64,000 bases of DNA. Origin: Sedimentisphaerales bacterium (lineage in GTDB: Bacteria; Planctomycetota; Phycisphaerae; Sedimentisphaerales; SM23-30). This document shows, in pieces, positions 30,458-38,613 of this stretch. Each line of letters begins with the position of its first letter. Position 1 is the first letter of the stretch. The stretch lies in assembly GCA_963666285.1 (NCBI GenBank), contig OY762711.1. One strand, given 5' to 3'. The notes beneath the pieces were generated by a model. It was not told where the DNA came from. It worked only from the letters and a program-made list of their open reading frames with translations, and searched no databases. The position numbers were made by a program, and so were the translations under genes.

Positions 30458-31138
30458 CTAGTCTTTAGGTTTAGCAAAATTGTAAAAGTTATCTGCCCAT
30501 TCTTTGATAGTGTCTTTTGGTAGGGGGTCAACATGTGTATCGGCATATAAAAACAGTGTGCAGTTTTTATACCTGTCCACCTGGATATCCTTTTGGATGG
30601 TATCCCATGGGACATTAGGAGCAGGGTTAAACCATAATCTCGAATGGGTATGATCATTAGTAACATTTGCATCCAAATTATTTGCCCCGACAAATGTAGT
30701 AATACACTCTGCCTGTCTTTTTATCCTGTCTTTATTGCGATACGACTTACCTGTTATTCTGCCGAAAGGGTCTGTTTCATCAACAGCAATATATTCATTC
30801 AATACATAGCTGCTTACCTTGTTTGCCAGTCTTTCGGCTTTTTTGGGGTCTGCCGGACATATCCTGATTTCATCAATATCAGAAAAATACTTTGATAATG
30901 TATATATCCATGATTCTTCGTCGGTTTTATCGTGAGTTGTTTCAGGAAAATACCCTTTGTTGTCCGCAGCGTACATTTCAATTGCAATGCCAATTTGTCG
31001 CATATTACTGGCCGAGGCGACGCGTCTTGCCTGTACCCTGGCATTTGCCAGTGCAGGCATAAGAATGCTGACCAGTAACGCAATTATGGATATTACAACC
31101 AGAAGTTCTATCAACGTAAATGCGCACTTATTTTTCAT
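30458..31138 (-). CDS. Prepilin-type N-terminal cleavage/methylation protein (DUF1559-like)
   Basis: AFTLIELLVVISIIALLVSILMPAL, SNMRQIG, CPAD, SSY..N, C-terminal LYADTHV. Confidence 0.88.
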   Translation of the reverse strand: MKNKCAFTLIELLVVISIIALLVSILMPALANARVQARRVASASNMRQIGIAIEMYAADNKGYFPETTHDKTDEESWIYTLSKYFSDIDEIRICPADPKKAERLANKVSSYVLNEYIAVDETDPFGRITGKSYRNKDRIKRQAECITTFVGANNLDANVTNDHTHSRLWFNPAPNVPWDTIQKDIQVDRYKNCTLFLYADTHVDPLPKDTIKEWADNFYNFAKPKD

Positions 31139-31324
31139 TACGTTTATCCTTTTGTATGTTTAAACGTTTCCATGATATCTTAATGTTTTGTTATCAAGAT
31201 ATAAAAACGGGTGTGGTAAACATCTTAGCGCATAGCATTCTTACAGGTTGATACGGCATACAAATATACCACAATCAACATGTCTTATTAGTTGATGCGT
31301 TAAGAAATAATTAGAAAATGTAAC

Positions 31325-31675
31325 TTAAATGAAATGAGAAAGAGGGGGAGAACGAGATCTGGCTATACACAGTGTCTGGCTCTCGTAAGCATTGAATGCT
31401 TCAGTTGTTGTTCCGATGATAATTTCAGTAAATGAAATACTAAAGGATGGCTCGGTAATAATTTTGCCGTAGCAATACAGATGGTGCTGACAAATAGGGC
31501 ATTTGTCTGGATCATGTTTGCTGTTGGAATTGTGGTCGCCGCTGTCAGTGTGTTCATTTTGGCAGTAGCTGGATTGATTGCATGGCAAATGCATGTAGTA
31601 AATAACATTTACCGATGAAAGGGTAAATGCTGCTAAGGTTATAAAAACCAATAGTTTACTACCAATTCTTTTCAT
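31325..31675 (-). CDS. DUF2946-like small Cys/His-rich protein with CxxC and C-terminal RSPP
   Basis: N-terminal hydrophobic segment, HDPDKCPICQHH, ...ARSRSPP near the C-terminus. Confidence 0.7.
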   Translation of the reverse strand: MKRIGSKLLVFITLAAFTLSSVNVIYYMHLPCNQSSYCQNEHTDSGDHNSNSKHDPDKCPICQHHLYCYGKIITEPSFSISFTEIIIGTTTEAFNAYESQTLCIARSRSPPLSHFI

Positions 31676-31846
31676 TAACTCAAAAAGTCCTTCTATTTAG
31701 CCTGTTTATTGACGCTAATATTATATACCTCAATTATATTATAGTACTAATAAATTAAAAGCAAAGTTTGATTTATTTTAAAGAACCGCTAATATATATT
31801 AAGAATATACTGATATATAGAAGCTATAATATTGTAGTTGCTTGCT

Positions 31847-32284
31847 ATGAAAAGATTTAACGTACAATTTGTATTACCTTTTCTGATTATAACAGTTTTG
31901 CTGATTAATCAGGGATTAGTTGTGTGCATTTGCCAGGCAGGACACATAAAAGTTCAGCCTGTAGTACATAGCAGTTGCCATTGTGAACATGAACATAGTG
32001 GTGATAGTCACTCCAGTCATTTATCCGGCATAAAACATCCTGTCGATGGAGGTTTATTTGCTATTGATCAAGGTAAATGTCGATGTGATATCTGTGTTGA
32101 TGTTCCTCTGGATAATTCTGAGATGCTGCCGGGTAGCGATTTAAATTTATCTGCATATTTCGCATTTTTGTCTGATTCGGTGGCCTTTAGTGAAATAATT
32201 GATATGTTTCCGACACCTATAACCCGCGATTCATCCGAATTGCGGTTCCATTTTCCTTTAAGTACTGTCATTATGCGCAATTGA
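31847..32284 (+). CDS. Small exported Cys/His-rich protein upstream of the heavy-metal pump
   Basis: Hydrophobic N-terminus; VVCICQAGH, HSSCHCEHEH, CRCDICVDVP; C-terminal LSTVIMR. Confidence 0.7.
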   Translation: MKRFNVQFVLPFLIITVLLINQGLVVCICQAGHIKVQPVVHSSCHCEHEHSGDSHSSHLSGIKHPVDGGLFAIDQGKCRCDICVDVPLDNSEMLPGSDLNLSAYFAFLSDSVAFSEIIDMFPTPITRDSSELRFHFPLSTVIMRN

Positions 32285-32440
32285 TAGTACCCTCTTTTTT
32301 TCAATCTACTTTTTATAATTTGCGGTCACAGTCTGCTATTCTGTTCAATTAATGCATTTATGCGTATATTTGGAATGGTTTAGACGGCTTTGGGCTGCAT
32401 AAAGGGAATTACTTTAGATATTTGTATCAGAGGAGATTTT

Positions 32441-33688
32441 ATGTCTCGATTATTAATTGTTTGCCTGGTATTACTTACCGGTTCTCTTTTTGCGAATGAC
32501 AATATATCAGGTTTTACCGAGCCTGGCGGTGAGCTTACACTTAAAAATGCTGTTGCTGCGACATTGCTTGGCAGTCCTCAATTACATGCCTATAGCAGCG
32601 AAATACGTTCGGCACGTGCCAGGCAGTTACAGGCCGGGCTAACCGCTGACCCGGAGCTGGAATTTGAGTTTGATGAGTTTGGCGGCAATAAATCATTTAG
32701 CGGACTTGATTCGATGGAAACCACTCTCAAACTGAGCCAGATAATTCAGTTTGGAGATAAGGTTGCGATCCGTGAAAAGGTATATTCTTATGATACTCTC
32801 CTGGCGGAGCTGGAATATGCGTCTAAAGAGCTTGATATATGTAAAGAAGTTGCAGACAGTTTTATAAAACTGCTGGTTGTTCAGAAAAAAATCGAATTGG
32901 CTGGTGAACAGGTTCAAATATGTAAAAAGATGGCTGATATGATTGATAAGCGGGTGCAAGCTGGAAAGACCGGTCCGCTTGACTATATGAAGGCAAAGAT
33001 GTTGCTGGCAAAGGCCGGGTTGGTTGAAAAACAGATTGTCGTGCATAAGGAATATCTGAGAAAGAAACTCGCATCACTCTGGGGCAGTCAGGAACCCCAA
33101 TTCGGCAGGTTGGCAGGTGATCTGGAAGAGTATAATAATGTGCCTCCGATTGCTGAGTTGGAAAAGATAATTGCCAATAATCCTGATATTAACCAATGGG
33201 CAGTAGAAATCCAGAAACGGCAGGCAAAGGCTGAACTGGCCAGGTCCCAGACCAGTCCGGATATAAAATTAAGCGGCGGAGTTAAATATTTTAACGAATC
33301 TGATGGGACGGCATTTGTTGTTGGGATAGGAATACCGCTAAGAAAACCGGTTCGTAATCGCCAGTTGGAATTAGAAGCCAGGCATGACCTCGAAACTGCT
33401 TCGCAGCAGCAGCGGAGCAACTATCTGCTTGTCTGGGGTGAGTTGAACAGGCTGCATAGTGAGTTGGCTAGTTCTTATGAGAAAGTGACAGTTATAAAGT
33501 CTGAGATTCTTAGTACGGCAAAGGAATTGTTTGAGGCGACAATGCTTTCGTATGAACAGGGTAAAGTGGATTATTTGTATTTACTGGATTCTCAGAGAAG
33601 TTACTTCTCTGTACAGGAGGAATATCTTGATGCTCTGGCAGAATACCATCTGAAAATGAATGAACTAGACAGGATAGCAGGCAATTAA
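32441..33688 (+). CDS. Heavy-metal RND outer membrane factor (CzcC-like)
   Basis: AGAGGAG RBS; QAGL..DPELE, RVQAGK, YEQGK..YL.LLDSQR; first gene of the tripartite set. Confidence 0.88.
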   Translation: MSRLLIVCLVLLTGSLFANDNISGFTEPGGELTLKNAVAATLLGSPQLHAYSSEIRSARARQLQAGLTADPELEFEFDEFGGNKSFSGLDSMETTLKLSQIIQFGDKVAIREKVYSYDTLLAELEYASKELDICKEVADSFIKLLVVQKKIELAGEQVQICKKMADMIDKRVQAGKTGPLDYMKAKMLLAKAGLVEKQIVVHKEYLRKKLASLWGSQEPQFGRLAGDLEEYNNVPPIAELEKIIANNPDINQWAVEIQKRQAKAELARSQTSPDIKLSGGVKYFNESDGTAFVVGIGIPLRKPVRNRQLELEARHDLETASQQQRSNYLLVWGELNRLHSELASSYEKVTVIKSEILSTAKELFEATMLSYEQGKVDYLYLLDSQRSYFSVQEEYLDALAEYHLKMNELDRIAGN

Positions 33689-33719
33689 AATTTGTAATGA
33701 AAATATATTGAGGTTTTAT

Positions 33720-35426
33720 ATGAGAAATAAAATAATATTATTAATGAGTTTATGTGTGGTATCGGTAACGCTGTTAATTATGGTTGTGGTGCCGTTAACA
33801 GCGGCTGAGGAAGTATGCAGCGAATGCAATACTTGTGCCGGAGTTGAGACACAGGATGCCCATTCTCATGATGAAGAGCTTGAGTCTGTGCATGATGGGC
33901 ATGTTGGCGAATATTCTGTTCATGAACTAGAAGCAGAGTCAACTGAAGGTCATGATGGACATGAGCATGAAGATTCAACTGGCGAAGATCACGCTGGTCA
34001 TGAAGAAGGTGCTATTCATTTAACTGCAGATGAAATTAAACTTATAGGAATTCAAGTTGTTGAAGTGGCCAAAGGTGAGATTCCCGAGTCTGCTAAATTA
34101 ACAGGTCAGGTGCAATTGAATGATGACAGGCTTGCGCATATCTCGGCATTGACGCCCGGCATTGTGCGACAGGTAAACAAAAGTACCGGTGACTCAGTTT
34201 CAGCAGGTGAGGTTTTGGCCTGGCTGGAAAGTGTTGAACTTGGACAGGCGAAGGTTGAGTACCTTGATATACTGGCAGAAGTCGGATGTTGTAAAACTCT
34301 ACTCGATAGAGCGCAAAATGTTAAAGACAATACAATAAAACTGATAGGTTTTCTGCGAACAAAGCCGACTTTGGATGAGTTAAAGAGTTTTGAGCCTTTA
34401 GAGATGGGTGAATATCGCAGTAAACTGGTTAAATCTTATGCAGAGTTTATTCTGGCCGGCAATGTATATGACAGGGAAAAAAAGTTGTTTAATCAGAAAA
34501 TATCCAGTCAGCAGGAATACCTGGATGCAGAAAATGCTCTAAAAAAAGCTGAGGCTGAGTATATCGCGGTCCAGGATATCTCTGAATTCCAGGTTAAGCA
34601 GGACTTGCTGGAAGAAGCGACCAATGCCCAAAGGATGGAGTTGGCTTTGAAGGGTGCCGAACGAAAACTTTACGTTTTAGGCCAGGATAAAAACGATATT
34701 AAAGGCCTGGTTCTTACAAGTTTGGTAAGCCGGGAAAATGAGGAATTTGACACATCCTGCCCTGATCCTGATTGTGAAGAATGTAAAAAGAAAGCTGCAT
34801 TGGTAAACAGCAGCAAGAAGCCGGCCATTTTTGAGCGGTTAGGCTGGTATCCGCTGCGTGCTCCTTTTGATGGTACAATAATAGAGAAGCATATTACTCT
34901 TGGCGAAAGGCTTGGTGAAGACCGATCAGCCTTTACTGTTGCTGATCTTAAGACCGTTTGGATTGACCTGGATGTATTTCCTAACGATCAGGCAAAAATA
35001 TTTAAAGGGCAAAAATGCCTGATAAATACCAATGGCAAAAGCTATCAGGGTAGTATAAGTTTCGTCAGCCCGGTACTTAACGCAAAAACACGAACTGCGA
35101 CTGCCAGGGTGGTAATCGGAAATAACGATTACGGCTTGAGACCAGGTCAGTTTGTTAATGCAGAAATTTATGGAGATACAGTTAAATATGACAGGGTGGT
35201 CCCCAGGGCGGCTGTGCAGACTGTTGCAGGCAGACAGGTGGTTTTTGTTAGTGATGGCGAAGATTATGAAATGAAGCCTGTTATCCTGGGTTATGGTAAC
35301 AGCCGGTTTGTTGAGATTGTTTCTGGTGTCAACTCAGGAGAGAAGGTAGTTTCCCAGGGGGCATTTGACCTGAAGGCTAAAGTTGTCACCAGTACTCTCG
35401 ATAGTCATGCCGGACATGGACACTAA
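33720..35426 (+). CDS. Heavy-metal RND membrane fusion protein (CzcB/CusB-like) with His/Cys-rich extensions
   Basis: His-rich N-terminus; LRAPFDGTIIEK, ADLKTVW, LRPGQFV; C-terminal HAGHGH. Confidence 0.9.
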   Translation: MRNKIILLMSLCVVSVTLLIMVVVPLTAAEEVCSECNTCAGVETQDAHSHDEELESVHDGHVGEYSVHELEAESTEGHDGHEHEDSTGEDHAGHEEGAIHLTADEIKLIGIQVVEVAKGEIPESAKLTGQVQLNDDRLAHISALTPGIVRQVNKSTGDSVSAGEVLAWLESVELGQAKVEYLDILAEVGCCKTLLDRAQNVKDNTIKLIGFLRTKPTLDELKSFEPLEMGEYRSKLVKSYAEFILAGNVYDREKKLFNQKISSQQEYLDAENALKKAEAEYIAVQDISEFQVKQDLLEEATNAQRMELALKGAERKLYVLGQDKNDIKGLVLTSLVSRENEEFDTSCPDPDCEECKKKAALVNSSKKPAIFERLGWYPLRAPFDGTIIEKHITLGERLGEDRSAFTVADLKTVWIDLDVFPNDQAKIFKGQKCLINTNGKSYQGSISFVSPVLNAKTRTATARVVIGNNDYGLRPGQFVNAEIYGDTVKYDRVVPRAAVQTVAGRQVVFVSDGEDYEMKPVILGYGNSRFVEIVSGVNSGEKVVSQGAFDLKAKVVTSTLDSHAGHGH

Positions 35427-35524
35427 TACAGGTTATCCGTAACTGATTCTATCTGATATGAAAATTATATAGGTATAATATGGACCGTCATATACAGAAC
35501 CACATAATATAAAGGTAAAATGCA

Positions 35525-38500
35525 ATGCATGTTAAATTGATAAATGTTTCAGTAAAGTATCGTCTTTTGGTTTTGCTGGCGATATTGTTTGTTACTTCTT
35601 TTGGCGTTTACGAATATAAACAGCTGCCCGTAGGTGCGTTTCCGGACATTTCTCCGGTAATGGTGCCAATATTTACAGAGGCTGATGGAATGGCACCGGA
35701 AGAAATAGAGCGACTGATCAGTTTTCCGATAGAATCTGTTATGAATGGACTTCCGAGAGTTGAACAGGTAAAATCTACCTCTGCTTTTGGCATGTCGGTG
35801 GTATATGTATATTTCAAAGATAATACTGATCTCTATTTTGCCCGACAGATAGTGGATGAGCGTCTGAACGAAGCTATGGCAAAAATGCCGAATCTGGTGG
35901 ATAAGCCCAAACTTGGGCCTGTTTCTACCGGTTTAGGCCAGATATTTATCTATTATCTTGAGGCTGATGATTCCGTTGACACAGAAGGTAAAGATAAATT
36001 AAGCTACCTTAGAGACCTTAACGACTGGGTTGTTAAATATCAGTTGCAAATGGTCAAAGGTGTAACTGATATTTTGAGTGTGGGCGGTTATGTTTTGCAA
36101 TATCAGGTTGATATAAATCCTAACCTGCTTATGCAGTACGAGCTGACTTTACAGGATGTTGTAGAGGCGATAAATTCTAACAATGCCAATGTTGGCGGTC
36201 AGTATATTGTCTCCGGCCAGGAAGAGAACCTGGTTCGCGGTATTGGCCTGGTAAAAAGCAGGGAAGATATCGGGGCAATAACAATACGAACATATAATGG
36301 TACGCCCGTTCGAATCAGTGATGTAGCTGAAGTTAAATTTGGTAGGGAAATCAGGCGCGGGGTAGTATCCCGTAATGGAGAACAGGAGGTAGTCTCTGGC
36401 ATTGTTATGCAGCTATACGGCGAAAACACATCTGAAGTTATTGAAAGATTGTATGATATAGTGCCTTTAGTTCAGGCATCGCTGCCCGATGGGGTGAAAA
36501 TTGTTCCTTATTATGAACAGCAGGAGCTGGTCCAGAAAGCGACACATACTGTTAAGACGGCTCTTCTGCAGGGTGCTGTGCTGGCAGCGATAGTGCTGTT
36601 CCTTTTCCTGGGGAATTTACGGACCGCTCTCGTGGTAGTGTTTGCTTTACCGTTCAGCTCGCTTATTGCGATTATCCTTATGCGTGCAGCGGGGATATCG
36701 GCTAATCTTATGTCGCTGGGCGGGGTAGCGATAGCGATGGGTATGCTTGTTGATGGTGCTATTGTCATGGCCGAAAATATATTTCGTCATTTGAATACAA
36801 ATGACCAGGATGATCTGAGGCATAGAACTGATATTATAATGGAAGCAGCGGTTGAAGTTGCCAAACCCATTATATTTGCATTGTTAATTGTGGTTGTTGT
36901 CTTTGTTCCTATCCTGACATTAGAAGGAGTTGAAGGTAAGATGTTTATTCCAATGGCCCAGACACTTTGTTTTGGCCTGTTGGGCTCATTGATATTTGCT
37001 GTTTTGATTGTTCCGCCTCTTTGCAGCTATTTACTTCATACTGGTGTTCATAAAGAGTTTTTTCTTTTTAGCTGGCTGAAAAAGCAGCATGATCCGCTAT
37101 TGTATTTTGCCGTAAAGCGCCCACTGGTCGTACTGTTGCTGGTGATAGGACTGATTGCTGTTAGTTGTGTTATGCTGCCAAATATCGGTACCGAATTTAT
37201 CCCGACTTTGGAAGAAGGTTCGATAATGATTGGTGTTACGATGGCACCTGGTATATCACTTGATAAAGCTGTTGATACTATTCAGCGTTTGGAACGCAGT
37301 ATAACTGAGTTTGATGAAGTAGAAGAGGTCGTCTCACGTATCGGAAGACCCGAGGCAGGCAGTCATCCGCATCCTGTGAATTATGCCGAGGTACATATCG
37401 AGCTGCTTCCGCAGAATCAATGGCAGTCAACCGGTTCCAAGGCTGAACTTATTGAAAAGATCGAGGCGAAACTCAAACATTATCCCGGTTTGCAGCTTAA
37501 TTTTACTCAGCCTATCCAGAATGCTTTTGATGAGCTGCTTAGCGGTGTCAAAGCCCAGGTTGCGATCAAGGTTTATGGTGAAGATCTTGACATTTTACAG
37601 AAAAAAGCTGCTGAGATCAAAAACACTATCGACAATATTGAAGGGTTGGCAGATTTGTCTCTGGAACAAAGCAACGGGCAGCCCCAGGTGCAGGTCATTG
37701 CAGATCGACAGGCTTGTGCAAGGTATGGAGTCAATATAAGTGAAATTCTTGAACTGGTAGAAGCTGCTGTCGGTGGTAAGGTGGTTGATAATGTTTATCT
37801 CAATACCAGGAGGTATGGTATACAGGTGCGATATCAGCAGCAGTTTAGAGATGACATTGAACAGATCAGTAACCTGATGGTAAATACTTCCGATGGCAGC
37901 CGTGTGCCTTTGAGCCATGTTGCCGAGGTCAAAAAAACGCTGGGTCCGATTCAAATAAATCGTGAGAATAACCAGCGCCGCTGGGTTATACAAGGTAATA
38001 TTCGCAACCGGGATCTGGGTAGTGTTGTAGCCGAGATCAAAGATCGAATAGCTGAAAAAATTGAACTGCCGGCCGGCTATCATGTTGAATACGGCGGCCA
38101 GTTTGAAAGTCAGGTGAGGGCAATGACACGGCTGGCAGTTATTATACCAGTTGTTATATTTATGATTTTCTTTATGCTGTTTCTTGCGTTTGGCTCAGTA
38201 AAAAGTTCATTGCTGGTAATGATAAATATTCCGCTTGCTCTGATTGGCGGTGTTTTTGGTTTGTACCTTATGGGAGAATATTTATCAGTACCTGCGGCAG
38301 TTGGTTTTATCGCTCTTTTTGGAATTGCTATCCAGGACAGTATGGTTCTTGTAACTTGTATTGGCCAGTTGTCGGAAAGTATGAATCTTCGTGATGCTGT
38401 TATCAACGGCTGCCATCAAAGGTTCAGGCCGGTTGTTATGACTTCAATTACGACGGTTCTTGGACTTATGCCGTTGCTGCTGGCCAGTGGTATTGGTGCA

Positions 38501-38611
38501 GAAGTGCAAAGACCATTAGCTGTTGTGGTAGTATTTGGCCTGATATCATCAACCTTCCTGACATTATTTGTTATCCCGTCATTTTATAATGTAATAATGA
38601 AAGAGAAATGA
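35525..38611 (+). CDS. Heavy-metal efflux RND permease (CusA/CzcA family)
   Basis: AFPDISP, LGPVSTGLGQI, MSLGGVAIAMGMLVDGAIVMAEN, LEGVEGKMF, GAEVQRPLA. Confidence 0.94.
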   Translation: MHVKLINVSVKYRLLVLLAILFVTSFGVYEYKQLPVGAFPDISPVMVPIFTEADGMAPEEIERLISFPIESVMNGLPRVEQVKSTSAFGMSVVYVYFKDNTDLYFARQIVDERLNEAMAKMPNLVDKPKLGPVSTGLGQIFIYYLEADDSVDTEGKDKLSYLRDLNDWVVKYQLQMVKGVTDILSVGGYVLQYQVDINPNLLMQYELTLQDVVEAINSNNANVGGQYIVSGQEENLVRGIGLVKSREDIGAITIRTYNGTPVRISDVAEVKFGREIRRGVVSRNGEQEVVSGIVMQLYGENTSEVIERLYDIVPLVQASLPDGVKIVPYYEQQELVQKATHTVKTALLQGAVLAAIVLFLFLGNLRTALVVVFALPFSSLIAIILMRAAGISANLMSLGGVAIAMGMLVDGAIVMAENIFRHLNTNDQDDLRHRTDIIMEAAVEVAKPIIFALLIVVVVFVPILTLEGVEGKMFIPMAQTLCFGLLGSLIFAVLIVPPLCSYLLHTGVHKEFFLFSWLKKQHDPLLYFAVKRPLVVLLLVIGLIAVSCVMLPNIGTEFIPTLEEGSIMIGVTMAPGISLDKAVDTIQRLERSITEFDEVEEVVSRIGRPEAGSHPHPVNYAEVHIELLPQNQWQSTGSKAELIEKIEAKLKHYPGLQLNFTQPIQNAFDELLSGVKAQVAIKVYGEDLDILQKKAAEIKNTIDNIEGLADLSLEQSNGQPQVQVIADRQACARYGVNISEILELVEAAVGGKVVDNVYLNTRRYGIQVRYQQQFRDDIEQISNLMVNTSDGSRVPLSHVAEVKKTLGPIQINRENNQRRWVIQGNIRNRDLGSVVAEIKDRIAEKIELPAGYHVEYGGQFESQVRAMTRLAVIIPVVIFMIFFMLFLAFGSVKSSLLVMINIPLALIGGVFGLYLMGEYLSVPAAVGFIALFGIAIQDSMVLVTCIGQLSESMNLRDAVINGCHQRFRPVVMTSITTVLGLMPLLLASGIGAEVQRPLAVVVVFGLISSTFLTLFVIPSFYNVIMKEK

Positions 38612-38613
38612 TA

